Of a stretch of DNA of 32,000 nt, positions 16,020-25,127 are shown piece by piece; positions within the stretch are counted from its first letter, which is position 1, and the number at the start of each line of letters is the position of its first letter. This DNA is from Kineococcus radiotolerans SRS30216 = ATCC BAA-149 (GTDB taxonomy: Bacteria > Actinomycetota > Actinomycetes > Actinomycetales > Kineococcaceae): assembly GCF_000017305.1 (NCBI RefSeq), contig NC_009806.1, positions 60,001-92,000 on the forward strand. The letters run 5' to 3'. The notes beneath the pieces were generated by a model that worked only from the letters and a program-made list of their open reading frames with translations, did no database searches and was not told the DNA's origin. Both the position numbers and the translations under genes were made by a program.

Positions 16020-16595
16020 ATGCCCGACCCACGGCACCAGCACCACCCCACCACCGCAGAGCCCACCCTCACCCACCACGCGGACATGAACCACGTCAGC
16101 GCGGGCCACAGTGGTCATGGCGGGCATGGTGCCCATGAGGGCCACGGGGGCCCCGGCTCCACGTCGTGGGCGATGGCTGCGCAGGCCACACTGCACTGCC
16201 TCACCGGCTGCGCCATCGGCGAGGTCCTCGGCATGGTCATCGGCACCAGCTTGGGCTGGCACACCGCCGCCACCGTGGCCCTGTCGATCACCTTGGCCTT
16301 CATCTTCGGCTACGCGCTGACCATGCGCGGCGTGCTCAAGGCCGGCGTCGGCTTCCGCACCGCCCTGAAAGTCGCCCTGGCCGCCGACACCATCTCCATC
16401 GCCGTCATGGAGATCATCGACAACACCGCCATGGTCGCCATCCCCGGCGCCATGCACGCCGGCATCGGCTCGTGGATCTTCTGGGCCTCACTGGCCGGCG
16501 CGCTGGCCTTGGCCTTCGTGATCACCACCCCGGTCAACCGCTGGATGATCAGCCGCGGCAAGGGCCACGCCGTGGTCCACGCCTACCACCACTGA
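16020..16595 (+). CDS. DUF4396 domain membrane protein with His-rich N-terminus
   Basis: GAGGGAGAAG RBS before the ATG. HCLTGCAIGEVLGM motif and 4 TM segments typical of DUF4396. N-terminal HQHH...HSGHGGHGAHEGHGG tract and C-terminal HAVVHAYHH. Confidence 0.75.
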   Translation: MPDPRHQHHPTTAEPTLTHHADMNHVSAGHSGHGGHGAHEGHGGPGSTSWAMAAQATLHCLTGCAIGEVLGMVIGTSLGWHTAATVALSITLAFIFGYALTMRGVLKAGVGFRTALKVALAADTISIAVMEIIDNTAMVAIPGAMHAGIGSWIFWASLAGALALAFVITTPVNRWMISRGKGHAVVHAYHH

Positions 16596-16627
16596 GCAGC
16601 ACCAGCGCCTGGGCCGGCGCTACCGGT

Positions 16628-16683
16628 TCCACGGCACAAGTTCCACGGCACAAGTTCCACGGCACAAGGTCCACGGCACAAGG
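16628..16683. repeat. Intergenic 14-bp tandem repeat, 4 copies (TCCACGGCACAAG[T/G])
   Basis: Direct reading: tccacggcacaagt x2 then tccacggcacaagg x2. It starts 33 nt after the DUF4396 stop. Confidence 0.9.
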
Positions 16684-16721
16684 TCCGGTGCTGCCTGCCC
16701 TCTCTCATCCCCGTCCCCACA

Positions 16722-16790
16722 GCCGGTGCCGGCGCCGGTGCCGGTGCCGGTGCCGGTGCCGGTGCCGGTGCCGGTGCCGGTGCCGGTGCC
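16722..16790. repeat. Intergenic hexanucleotide microsatellite (GCCGGT), about 11.5 units
   Basis: Direct reading: gccggt gccggc gccggt then continuing (gccggt)n to 16790. It ends 37 nt before the ATG of the beta-propeller lipoprotein gene. Confidence 0.95.
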
Positions 16791-16826
16791 GAGCTAAACC
16801 GACGCAGAACGAGCCGAGAAGGACTG

Positions 16827-17759
16827 ATGACTACACTCTCCCGCCCGCGAATCCGGGTCCCGCTGCGGGCCGCCACGCTCAGCGCTGCGCTCCTGCTGGC
16901 CGGTTGCTCCAGTGCCGAGCCGGCAGTTGATCCCGCCGCCGTGGAGCAGCACGGCGGCGACGTCGAGGGCGGTGAGAGTCAGCACAGTGAGGGTCAGCAC
17001 GATGGCGGTGACGCCGTCACCTTGCCCAGTGCTCACGTGCACGGCGTGGCCGTCAACCCCGCCGACGGCCAGGTACACCTGGCTACCCACGACGGGTTGT
17101 TCCGCTTCGAGGAGTCCGGTCCGGTGCGGGTGGGGCCGGTCATCGACCTGATGGGCTTCACCGTCGCCGGCCCGGACCACTTCTACGCCTCGGGCCACCC
17201 CGGTCCCGGCGTGGACCTGCCCCAGCCGGTGGGCCTGATCGAGACCACCGATGGCGGGCGCACCTGGCAGGCGCTCTCGCGGCAGGGAGAGTCGGACTTC
17301 CACGCCCTGGCCGCCTCCGCCGGCGGCGTCGTCGGCTTCGACGGCACCCTTCGCTTCAGCTCGGATGGAACGACATGGAACGTCCTGCAGACGCCCGTGA
17401 AGCCGTATGCCGTGGCCGCATCCCCTGACGGCGCGGTGCTTCTCGTCACCAGTGAGGCTGGTCCCGCCCGCTCCACCGACGCCGGCATCACCTGGTCGGT
17501 GCTTCAGGAAGCACCGCTGCTGCAGCTGGTGGACTGGGCCGACGGCGCCACTGTCGCCGGGGTGAGCCCAGAGGGGACGGTGGCGATGAGCACCGACGCA
17601 GGCGCGACGTGGAGCGTACGAGGGCGTGTCACAGGAGCACCGCAGGCGGTAGGTGCCGACCTCCAGCCTGACGGCTCGATGCGTTTGCTGGTCGTCACCG
17701 AAGAAGGCGTGCACGAGTCCCGCGACGGCGGGGCAAGCTTCAGCCCGGTTCCGTTGTAG
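16827..17759 (+). CDS. BNR/Asp-box repeat beta-propeller lipoprotein (F510_1955-like glycosylhydrolase-like family)
   Basis: GAAGGA RBS. Signal peptide with LLLAGCSS lipobox. HVHGVAVNPADGQVHLATHDGLF motif. Repeated SxDxGxTW Asp-boxes (TTDGGRTW, SSDGTTW, STDAGITW, STDAGATW, SRDGGASF). Confidence 0.75.
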   Translation: MTTLSRPRIRVPLRAATLSAALLLAGCSSAEPAVDPAAVEQHGGDVEGGESQHSEGQHDGGDAVTLPSAHVHGVAVNPADGQVHLATHDGLFRFEESGPVRVGPVIDLMGFTVAGPDHFYASGHPGPGVDLPQPVGLIETTDGGRTWQALSRQGESDFHALAASAGGVVGFDGTLRFSSDGTTWNVLQTPVKPYAVAASPDGAVLLVTSEAGPARSTDAGITWSVLQEAPLLQLVDWADGATVAGVSPEGTVAMSTDAGATWSVRGRVTGAPQAVGADLQPDGSMRLLVVTEEGVHESRDGGASFSPVPL

Positions 17760-18119
17760 GGACGAACGCGGAACGGGGACACAGTGCACCGATCAGCCAC
17801 TGTCGCCGTCGAGGCGTCGGTGAGTCGGTGGCGTCAGCCACGGCGTCCAAGACGGCGCGAGGGTGCTCAAGGAGCGGCTCAGCGACGGTCAGCTGCGCCG
17901 ACTCGCCCCTAGATCTCAAGGGGCGACAGAGACCCCAAGGCTCGTGGTGACACGTGCGTCACAGAGCTCAGCTCCGACCGAGACATGTCACACATGAGCT
18001 GACCTGCAGAAATAGCAGATACCCATGGATAACCGACCACCTGATCCTCTACATCCGCCTCACCGACCGGCAGGCCCCCGCCACCGTCTGAGCGCGCCCC
18101 TCAAGCTCACCCACACACC

Positions 18120-18728
18120 TCACGCCCCGAAGGCCGCCGCGTAGACCTCGTTGACGCTGGGCGGCAGCTGACCACTGACGCGCAGCAGGACGTTGCCGCG
18201 CACATGGTGGTACTCACTGCCCAGCAGGGTGTTGCCCTTCTGCAGAGCGGCGATGTAGTCCGCGCGGGCTTGAGCATCAGCCGGGGTGGGCCACACCTCC
18301 AGGACGGCACCGAGGTCGATGCCTCCGGTGCCGGCGGGGTCGCTGGCGCGGGAGTCGGTGAGGCTCGCTGCGGCGGTGTAGCCGTTGGGCCGGCCCAGCA
18401 GGTCGTTGGGGTCGCTGGTCTCGTCGTAGATCAGCGCGTCAGTGATCTCGGGGACGCCGGTGCGCATCTGCTGGACGAGGTCAGGCAGCTCGGCGGCGGC
18501 GGTCTCGACAGTGGCGGTGTCACCGCTGCCGCTGGCCGGGTTGCTGGGGTTGCCGGCGCTGCTGGAAGCCGACGACGGGCTCGCAGATCCACTCGAGGAG
18601 GTGGTCGCTGAAGGGCCGGTCGACGAAGCCGGACCCGCCTCGTCACCAGACCCGCCGCCGCAGCCGGCGAGCAGCGCCGCCGCCCCGACAGCGCCAACCA
18701 GACGAAGAAGAGTCCATGCGGGCTTCAC
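18120..18728 (-). CDS. Hypothetical secreted lipoprotein with Ser-rich linker
   Basis: Start placed at GTG 18726-18728 (VKPAWTLLRLVGAVGAAALLAGCGG, a classic lipobox). The longer listed ORF (to 18851) adds a non-signal leader. Ser/Thr/Gly-rich linker followed by a ~120-aa globular domain with no family I recognise. Confidence 0.6.
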   Translation of the reverse strand: MKPAWTLLRLVGAVGAAALLAGCGGGSGDEAGPASSTGPSATTSSSGSASPSSASSSAGNPSNPASGSGDTATVETAAAELPDLVQQMRTGVPEITDALIYDETSDPNDLLGRPNGYTAAASLTDSRASDPAGTGGIDLGAVLEVWPTPADAQARADYIAALQKGNTLLGSEYHHVRGNVLLRVSGQLPPSVNEVYAAAFGA

Positions 18729-18819
18729 CCGGGCAGCATGCCTGTCCTGTCGTGGGAGTTGGTAGGCGGGCTGGACCGCGCGGGTGGTCCTGGTCAAGGC
18801 CTGGTCACCCCGGGCCGAG

Positions 18820-19269
18820 ATGACGATCATGCGGTTCGAGGACACCGGCAAGGCCGCGGTGCGCGGGGGGACGGGTGGAGCGGGGCCCCACTACGGCCTG
18901 CCAGCGACGAGCAGCGACCTGCACGAGGCACCGCTGGAGGGTGTGCGGCTGCTGCCCACCGACCCCCGCGACATGGTCCCCTCCGCCGTGCGCTGGGCCC
19001 GCGCGATCCGCACCCTGATCCGCACCATCCCGCGCGCGCAGCTCCAAGCCCCTTCCCGCAGCTCGCTGCAGGCGGTGGTGTGGGTGCTGGCCGCGGCCGC
19101 CGACTACGAGAACCGCATCCCGGCCGATCACACCGCGGCCGTGCTCGCCCGGGAGGCCGGTGTCGGGGACCGCGTCTGGCAGAAGCGGACCGCGTGGCTG
19201 CGTGAGCAGGGCTGGCTCATCCACGGCCCCGGTGGGCAGAGCGACGGCTGGCAGCTGACCACGCCGTGA
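18820..19269 (+). CDS. Hypothetical winged-helix DNA-binding protein
   Basis: The C-terminal segment SLQAVVWVLAAAADYENRIPADHTAAVLAREAGVGDRVWQKRTAWLREQGWL has the pattern of a wHTH (the type seen in replication or regulatory proteins of actinobacterial integrative elements). The start is uncertain (GTG 18784, ATG 18820 or ATG 18829). High GC3. Confidence 0.45.
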   Translation: MTIMRFEDTGKAAVRGGTGGAGPHYGLPATSSDLHEAPLEGVRLLPTDPRDMVPSAVRWARAIRTLIRTIPRAQLQAPSRSSLQAVVWVLAAAADYENRIPADHTAAVLAREAGVGDRVWQKRTAWLREQGWLIHGPGGQSDGWQLTTP

Positions 19270-19571
19270 CCCAGACCCAGACCGAGCTGCAGCCCTCCAT
19301 GCAGTCCCAGCCGTCTGTGCCGGGCTACCGGCCGCACCGGTCGCACCGGTCGCAGGCCCAGCGTCACGAGCACACCGCCGCGGTCGCGATGCGGCGCACC
19401 GCGCCGTGGACGCCGCTCGAGGACGAGGAGCTGGCTGCGTGCGTCAGCGCCGATGACCTGGAGGCGTTCGCGCTGCGCTGGTCGCGCACCTTCCGCGCCG
19501 TGGAGCAACGCCGGCGCCGTCCCCGCCCACCCCGCAACGCTGCTGTCCGAACCGGCACCGGCTGGGTCTAA
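19266..19571 (+). CDS. Hypothetical small protein with a Myb/SANT-like WTPLEDEEL segment
   Basis: Its GTG overlaps the stop of the previous ORF (GTGA). The sequence APWTPLEDEELAACV...RWSRTFRAVEQRRRR is reminiscent of a single Myb/SANT-like repeat. No other support. Confidence 0.35.
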   Translation: MTQTQTELQPSMQSQPSVPGYRPHRSHRSQAQRHEHTAAVAMRRTAPWTPLEDEELAACVSADDLEAFALRWSRTFRAVEQRRRRPRPPRNAAVRTGTGWV

Positions 19572-19942
19572 GACCTATCCCGCAGGAGCATCCTGCGGGC
19601 TGCGCCGCGGGGCCAGCGGGTCTGCGCGGCGGAGTCAGTGCGGCGAGGTCTGCGCACGCCCGGCGGCGGCGGTCAGCCCGTCGCAGCTGGCCTCACCGGG
19701 CGCGACGATGATCTCCGGCGGGACCCACACCTGCACCTCACCATCGGGCAGTCGCCGGCCAAGTAGGCAGTCACGGGTGGGGGCTGCGGCACGGCGCGGC
19801 CAACGCGGGCGACATCTCGTGGCGTGGCGCGGGCATGCGGGTCATCCCGGCGTGGTTGAGTACGGCGCCCTGCTGAGACGGCGGCCTGGGGAAGCCGGGC
19901 CGACCTCGGGGCGGACAGCGCAGAACGTGACGAGAGGTACCG

Positions 19943-20254
19943 ATGGCGACCGACTACGACGCACCGCGCAAGACCGATGAGGACCTCGACACCGACTCCA
20001 TCGAGGAGTTGAAGGCCCACCGCACCGACAAGGCAGGCTCCTCCAGCGTTGACGAAGACGAGGCCGACACCGCGGAGGGCTTCGAGCTGCCCGGGGCGGA
20101 CCTCTCAGGCGAGGAGCTGACGGTGCGGGTCCTGCCGCGCCAGCAGGATGAGTTCACCTGCACCAGCTGCTTCCTGGTCAAGCACCGCAGCCAGCTGAAC
20201 GCCGCGCAGAGCGACGCCGACGGGCAGCTGATCTGCAACGACTGCGCCGACTGA
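19943..20254 (+). CDS. DUF4193 domain protein (conserved actinobacterial acidic protein with a C-terminal Cys4 knuckle)
   Basis: MATDYDAPRKTDEDLDTDSIEELKA...FELPGADLSGEELTVRVLPRQQDEFTCTSCFLVKHRSQL...LICNDCAD matches the highly conserved DUF4193 pattern along its whole length. Confidence 0.9.
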   Translation: MATDYDAPRKTDEDLDTDSIEELKAHRTDKAGSSSVDEDEADTAEGFELPGADLSGEELTVRVLPRQQDEFTCTSCFLVKHRSQLNAAQSDADGQLICNDCAD

Positions 20255-20313
20255 CACGCCGCCGCGGCCGGCCGGCCCTCTAGCTTCGCTCGCTCGTCAC
20301 CTTCAGCCGCTCG

Positions 20314-20628
20314 TCACCACCTCGCCCGGATCTGCGAGTGACGTCGGCGGTGCCACGCACCAAGGACGAGGGAGGTGATGCTGAAGGCGACGGCAGCGAC
20401 CAGCCACACGACGTCCTCGAGGATGGTGCCGCTGGTTCCGGTCTCATCGGCGCGGACGCCGCCCTGGTAGGTCAGGACGACCCAGACGACAGCGAGCCCG
20501 GCGCCGGCGAGGGCGACCGTTGCGGGTCGCCGTGGCGGTGTGGTCAGGGCGAACACGACGGCGATCAAGACGGTGACACCCCCTGCCATCAGGCAGGCCA
20601 AAGTCAGCAACGCCGAGAAGGAGTCCAC
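20314..20628 (-). CDS. Hypothetical small membrane protein (3 TM)
   Basis: Three hydrophobic segments and a positively charged C-terminus. It lies 97 nt downstream of dnaE2 on the same strand. No recognisable family. Confidence 0.45.
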   Translation of the reverse strand: MDSFSALLTLACLMAGGVTVLIAVVFALTTPPRRPATVALAGAGLAVVWVVLTYQGGVRADETGTSGTILEDVVWLVAAVAFSITSLVLGAWHRRRHSQIRARW

Positions 20629-20724
20629 ACCGTCAGCATCGTCGGGAACGGGTGCAGCCGCGGCACTCCCTCCTGATCTTCACCGGGCCTGCTGACCGGG
20701 GACACAGGCGCCAAAGGGTGACCC

Positions 20725-23700
20725 TCATGGCATCGCGTGCAGCTGCAGCGCGCGGACGCTGACCCCGCGCGGGCCGGTGCGGCGCACCTGCCCGGTGACC
20801 AGCAGCAGAGAGGCTCGGTAGAGCAGGTGGTGGCTGGTGGTCTCCTGCACGTCGGCGAAGACGGTGACGTCCACGCAGCCGGTGCCATCGTCCAGGGTCA
20901 GGAACACCACCCGACGCCCGGAGCGCACCGGTGGGGTCTGGGTCGCCACCCGCACGCCGGCGACGAGGACGTCGACGTCGGTGCGTACCTCCAGCAGCCG
21001 CTCGGCTGGAGTGAAGCCGCGTCGGCGCAGTTCGGGCAGGTGCGGGGTGAGGATGTGCTGCTGCAGGTCCATCCCGGTGCTCGCCAGCTCGGTGCTGACC
21101 TGCTGCTCCGGGGTCGGTGCCAGGTGACCGGCGGGGGCGCTGGCCAGGTCGAGGTCCCCCAGGGGCAGGACGAGCTGGCCGGGGTGCCAGCCGGCGAAGC
21201 GTCCTGCCGGCCGGGCTGTGGCGCGCGCCGTCGCTGGCCGGGCCGGCGCCATGGTCTGGATGGCCCGGGTCGCGGTCAGGGCGGTGCGCTGAGGGCTCGT
21301 CACGGCAGCATCCGCGGTCAAGGGCGCTGGGGAGACTCGAGGCTGCGGCAGGGACCCGCTCCCGGCGCCGACCCCGGGGGCGCGTCCCGCCTTCGACCGT
21401 GTGCTGATCTGCTGCAGGTGGGCCAGCAGGTCCCCCCGGGTCAGCACCCGCCCACTCCCCTGCCCGCTGCCGTGGCTCGAGCGGTAGGTGACCCCCGGTC
21501 GTAGCGACGCACCCAGCACGGGGTCCAGGCCGGCGAGGTCGTCGAGGGCTCCGAGGCGGGCCAGGCGGATGAGGGTGGGGCGGCGGGGGCGGGCCCGGTC
21601 GCGGAAGTCGCCGACGTCGGCGAAGGGCTGCGTGGCCACGATGCGCTCCACCTCCGCGGCGTGCAGGTCCTTGACCACGGTGAGCGGGGGGCGGATCCCC
21701 CACCGCCGCTCCCCACCGGCTGATTGGCCGGTGGGAGCCGGCAGCTCGGCACGCCAGACGTCGGTGGAGGTCTGGACGTCGACGGGCAGGATGGCGATGC
21801 CCAGGCGTCGGGCCTCGGCCACCAGCAGCCGGCGGGGGTACATGCCGGGGTCGTGCTCGAGGAGGCCGGTGAGGAACTGCACCGGGTAATGCGCCTTCAG
21901 CCACGCGCTCTGGTACGTGATCGCGGCGAACGCCGCGGCGTGGGCGCGCGCGAAGCCGAACCCGCCGTGGGCGGCGATCAGCTTCCACACCGCGTCGACG
22001 ACGTCGCGGGGGTAGCCGCGGGCGGTGGCGGCGGTGCGGAAGTCCGCCTCGACCTCGACGCGGGCGTCGGGGTCGGACAGGTGGCGGCGCCACACGTCGG
22101 CGCGGGCCAGGCCACAGCCGGTGAAGACGTCGAGGATGCGCATGACCTGCTCGTGGAAGATGACCACCCCGTGGGTCTCGGAGAGGATCGGGGTCAGGTC
22201 CGGGTGCGGTAGGCGGCGGGGGCCGCCGGTCGCGACCCAGCCGTGGTGGCCTTCCAGGAACGGGGAGATCATGTCCCCGGCCATCGGACCGGGGCGGAAC
22301 AGGGCGACGTCGATGACGAGGTCGGAGAACGCCCGGGGCTGGAACTTCCCCAGCAGTTCGCGCTGGCCGGGGGATTCGATCTGGAACACGCCGAGGGTGT
22401 GGGTGGAACGGATCAGCTCGAACGTGGCGTGGTCGTCGAGGGCGATGGCGTCCAGATCGGGCACCGCACCCGGCGCCGTGGGCTCAGCGCGAGGCGCGGC
22501 GGCAGGCGGGGCTTCGGTGGCCGGGGCCCGGTAGGCATGGACGAGGTTGGCCAGCGCAGGAAGGCCGGCGGCTGGAGCAGTTGCAGCGGTTGCGGCGGGG
22601 TTCGCCGACGCCGGAGTGACGTGAGCTGGCTGCATGTTCTCGGGTACGGCGGCGGTGCGCTCGATCTCGGTGAGGGTGTACGCGATGGCGGACTGCATCC
22701 GCACCCCGAGAACGTCGAGCTTCAGCCAGCCCATCGGGTCGATGTCGTCCTTGTCGAACTGGCTCATCGCCATGCCCTCGATCCCGCACGCCTGCACCGG
22801 AGTCCGGGTCAGCAGGGACGCGTCGGAGAGGATCACCCCGCACGGGTGCATCGACAGGTGCCGCGGTAAGCGGTCCAGGGTGGCGGTGACGTCGACGAGC
22901 AGGTCCAGCTGCCGGTGACTGCGCACCAACTCGGCGAGCTCACGCAGTTCCGGCAGTTCCGCCATCGCTTCCCGGACCCGGGAGGCGGACACCCCGCGCA
23001 GGCTGGCGGCGACTTCGTCGACGACCTCGGGTTCCACCCCCAGGGCGAGACCGGCGGCGCGGACCGCGCCGCGGGCGCGGTAGGCCTGGGTGGTGGCCAT
23101 CAGAGTGACGCGTTCGGCACCGAAGCGATCCCGGATGGCGCGGTAGATGTCGTGGCGGCGGGCGGACTCCACGTCGAGATCGATGTCGGGCAACGTCTCG
23201 CGGCGATCTGAGATGAAGCGCTCAAAAAGGAGGCCCTGGTCGAGGGGATCCACGTTGCTGACCCCGAGCAGCCACAGCAGGACGCTGCCGACGCCGGATC
23301 CGCGGGCAGTGGCGCGCACCCCGAGGCCGTGGATGAGGCGGGTCGCCTCGCTGACGGCGAGGAAGTAGGTGGCGTAGTTGAGGCGGTCGACGACGGCGAG
23401 TTCGGCCTGCACCCGCTCCTGCACCGCCCGCACCTTGGCGAGGCTCGCGCCGGGGTGGCGACGGCCGATGCCGGCGTCGGCGCGAGCGCGCAGCATGCCC
23501 AGCGCCGCGGCGTAGCCGTGCGGGTCCCCGGCGGAGGTGGCCGCGGCGTCGATTCCCAGGACCGCCGGTTCGGGCACCCGCGCCCTCCCCCACCCCAGAT
23601 CCCTTTCAAGATCCAGGCGGCAGCGCTCGGCGAGCGCGGCGGTGCGTTCCAGCAGTCCGCCGGCGTGGTCGCGACCGCGGTGCTCGACGCCGGCGGCGGT

Positions 23701-24567
23701 GGCGATCTCTCGGGCCAGGTCTTCCATCAGGTGTGGGGGTTTCAGCCAGGCCTGGGCGTTGGGCGACAACGCGTGCGCGGCGTGCAGCTCCTCCAGCCCG
23801 CGCAGGGCGGCGACGGCGTCGCCGACGTCGGCGGTGGGGACGTCACCGGGATGCAGGAGCCGGACGGCGTTGCTTAGCACGGTGGGGATGCCGACGGCGG
23901 CCGCAGCCCGCAGCACCCGGGCGGTGACGCCGACGGAGGCCGGGTGGCCTTCGCGGGTCAGGTGGCACACAACCTCCACCGCGAGCGCCGAGGCGGGCAG
24001 GAGCCGGGTCCAGGCCTCCCAGGCGTCGATGACCTCGCGCATGCGCCCGGTAGCGAGAGCCCGGCCGAGGTCGGTGCCGGGTCCGAGAAGGACGGTGGCG
24101 GCGGGGTCGTTGCCGGCGGCTGGGGCGAGGGCGGCGACCAGGTCAGCGGGAGTGAGGCTGGCTGTCGCGGCACTGGCGCTAGGGGTGGTGTTGGTGCGGT
24201 GGGCGGCGGTAGTGGCTCGGCACAGCGCGGCCCAGCCGGCCCCGTGGGTGTGGCCATGGGCGAGAACCACCACCCGCCCCGAACCAGCGCTGAAGCCGGA
24301 ACCAGTGGTGCCCGGTTTCGAGGTCCGGGTGGAGTCGCGCCGGGTGCTGGAATGCAGGGCGAGGTCTACACCGGCGATGGGGTCAATACCGGCGAAGCGG
24401 CAGGCGCTGACGTGCTGGATCAGCCCGGCCATCTGGCCGCGATCGGTAAGGGCCAGAGCGGAGGCCCCGGCGCTCGCGGCCGCCGCGGCCAAGGTGGCGG
24501 GGTCAGTGGTGCCGTGGTGGTGGGAGTGCCCGCTGGCGACGTGCAGGTGGGTGAACGGGGTGCTCAC
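20725..24567 (-). CDS. dnaE2: Error-prone DNA polymerase III alpha-subunit paralogue DnaE2 (ImuC)
   Basis: N-terminal PHP domain (FTHLHVASGHSHHHGTTDP). Pol III alpha core motifs (PDIDLDVES, HPCGVILS, KLDVLGV, GVFQIESPGQ, ALFRPGP). C-terminal OB-fold region. SOS box upstream of the operon. The size and lack of a tau-binding tail fit DnaE2 rather than DnaE1. Confidence 0.88.
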   Translation of the reverse strand: MSTPFTHLHVASGHSHHHGTTDPATLAAAAASAGASALALTDRGQMAGLIQHVSACRFAGIDPIAGVDLALHSSTRRDSTRTSKPGTTGSGFSAGSGRVVVLAHGHTHGAGWAALCRATTAAHRTNTTPSASAATASLTPADLVAALAPAAGNDPAATVLLGPGTDLGRALATGRMREVIDAWEAWTRLLPASALAVEVVCHLTREGHPASVGVTARVLRAAAAVGIPTVLSNAVRLLHPGDVPTADVGDAVAALRGLEELHAAHALSPNAQAWLKPPHLMEDLAREIATAAGVEHRGRDHAGGLLERTAALAERCRLDLERDLGWGRARVPEPAVLGIDAAATSAGDPHGYAAALGMLRARADAGIGRRHPGASLAKVRAVQERVQAELAVVDRLNYATYFLAVSEATRLIHGLGVRATARGSGVGSVLLWLLGVSNVDPLDQGLLFERFISDRRETLPDIDLDVESARRHDIYRAIRDRFGAERVTLMATTQAYRARGAVRAAGLALGVEPEVVDEVAASLRGVSASRVREAMAELPELRELAELVRSHRQLDLLVDVTATLDRLPRHLSMHPCGVILSDASLLTRTPVQACGIEGMAMSQFDKDDIDPMGWLKLDVLGVRMQSAIAYTLTEIERTAAVPENMQPAHVTPASANPAATAATAPAAGLPALANLVHAYRAPATEAPPAAAPRAEPTAPGAVPDLDAIALDDHATFELIRSTHTLGVFQIESPGQRELLGKFQPRAFSDLVIDVALFRPGPMAGDMISPFLEGHHGWVATGGPRRLPHPDLTPILSETHGVVIFHEQVMRILDVFTGCGLARADVWRRHLSDPDARVEVEADFRTAATARGYPRDVVDAVWKLIAAHGGFGFARAHAAAFAAITYQSAWLKAHYPVQFLTGLLEHDPGMYPRRLLVAEARRLGIAILPVDVQTSTDVWRAELPAPTGQSAGGERRWGIRPPLTVVKDLHAAEVERIVATQPFADVGDFRDRARPRRPTLIRLARLGALDDLAGLDPVLGASLRPGVTYRSSHGSGQGSGRVLTRGDLLAHLQQISTRSKAGRAPGVGAGSGSLPQPRVSPAPLTADAAVTSPQRTALTATRAIQTMAPARPATARATARPAGRFAGWHPGQLVLPLGDLDLASAPAGHLAPTPEQQVSTELASTGMDLQQHILTPHLPELRRRGFTPAERLLEVRTDVDVLVAGVRVATQTPPVRSGRRVVFLTLDDGTGCVDVTVFADVQETTSHHLLYRASLLLVTGQVRRTGPRGVSVRALQLHAMP

Positions 24568-24573
24568 GGCGGT

Positions 24574-25107
24574 TCACGGCTCCTCGGCGCTGAGGACGTG
24601 CCAATCGTCGCCGGCGCGCAACACGTCGACGACGATCGTGGCCGGTTCGAGCCCTGGGTGCTCCGGCTCGAGGTCATCGAGGTCTTGAGACCCCTCGTCG
24701 AAATCGTCGAAGGCGTCTGTGTCGAAGCCACCCCCGAAGTCACCTTTGTACCCGCCGCGTGCCCCGTCCCCGCCGGGCTGTCCCGGCTGCATGTCGGTGG
24801 GGACCTTGCGCAGGGTCGGAGCGGGCGGAGGGACCTCGGCGTGCAGGCGCCAGCGTTCCTGATCGACCAGGGCGAGGGCCTGGTCGAGGTCGAGGCGGCG
24901 TTGGGAGCGCCACCAGGGGATGACCGGGCGTTCGTGCCAGCGCACGGCGTGGGTGACCGGCAGCAGCAGGCCGCGCCAGCGCACGGCGGTGGGGCGGCCC
25001 ACGTCGACCACCACGATCACGTCAGAGGAGACGTCGGAGACCGGTCGCTCGGTGTGCCCTTCCCAGCTGTCGTCGTCGGGGGCGTACTCGCCAGCGGTAG
25101 CGGGCAT
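24574..25107 (-). CDS. Small Trp/Arg-rich protein with acidic tail, first gene of the SOS-regulated dnaE2 operon (possibly ImuB C-terminal-like / DUF6504-like)
   Basis: Its stop lies 6 nt before the dnaE2 GTG. The ATG at 25105-25107 is 21 nt from a perfect LexA box. The core VVVDVGRPTAVRWRGLLLPVTHAVRWHERPVIPWW recalls (from memory) the Trp-rich C-terminal module of ImuB-type proteins, but there is no Y-family polymerase-like N-terminal domain. Confidence 0.55.
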   Translation of the reverse strand: MPATAGEYAPDDDSWEGHTERPVSDVSSDVIVVVDVGRPTAVRWRGLLLPVTHAVRWHERPVIPWWRSQRRLDLDQALALVDQERWRLHAEVPPPAPTLRKVPTDMQPGQPGGDGARGGYKGDFGGGFDTDAFDDFDEGSQDLDDLEPEHPGLEPATIVVDVLRAGDDWHVLSAEEP

Positions 25108-25127
25108 GAGCCTCCCCCTCAGCTAGA

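Noticed and set aside
16628-16790. Considered a CRISPR array because of regularly repeated short units.
   Set aside because: The units are directly abutting (no spacers) and only 14 bp and 6 bp long. No cas genes are present in the window.
16166-16930. ORFs translating the hexamer tract as (CR)n (16166-16930 plus) or (AP)n (16583-16876 minus).
   Set aside because: Artefacts of reading through a microsatellite. The first overlaps the DUF4396 frame out of phase, and neither has an RBS or a plausible start.
17760-18119. 360-bp convergent intergenic region with lower GC and short GTCACA..GAGCT-type repeats; considered as an sRNA or att site.
   Set aside because: The repeats are short and imperfect, and no stable terminator hairpin or recognisable RNA family is evident by eye. 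Left uncalled.
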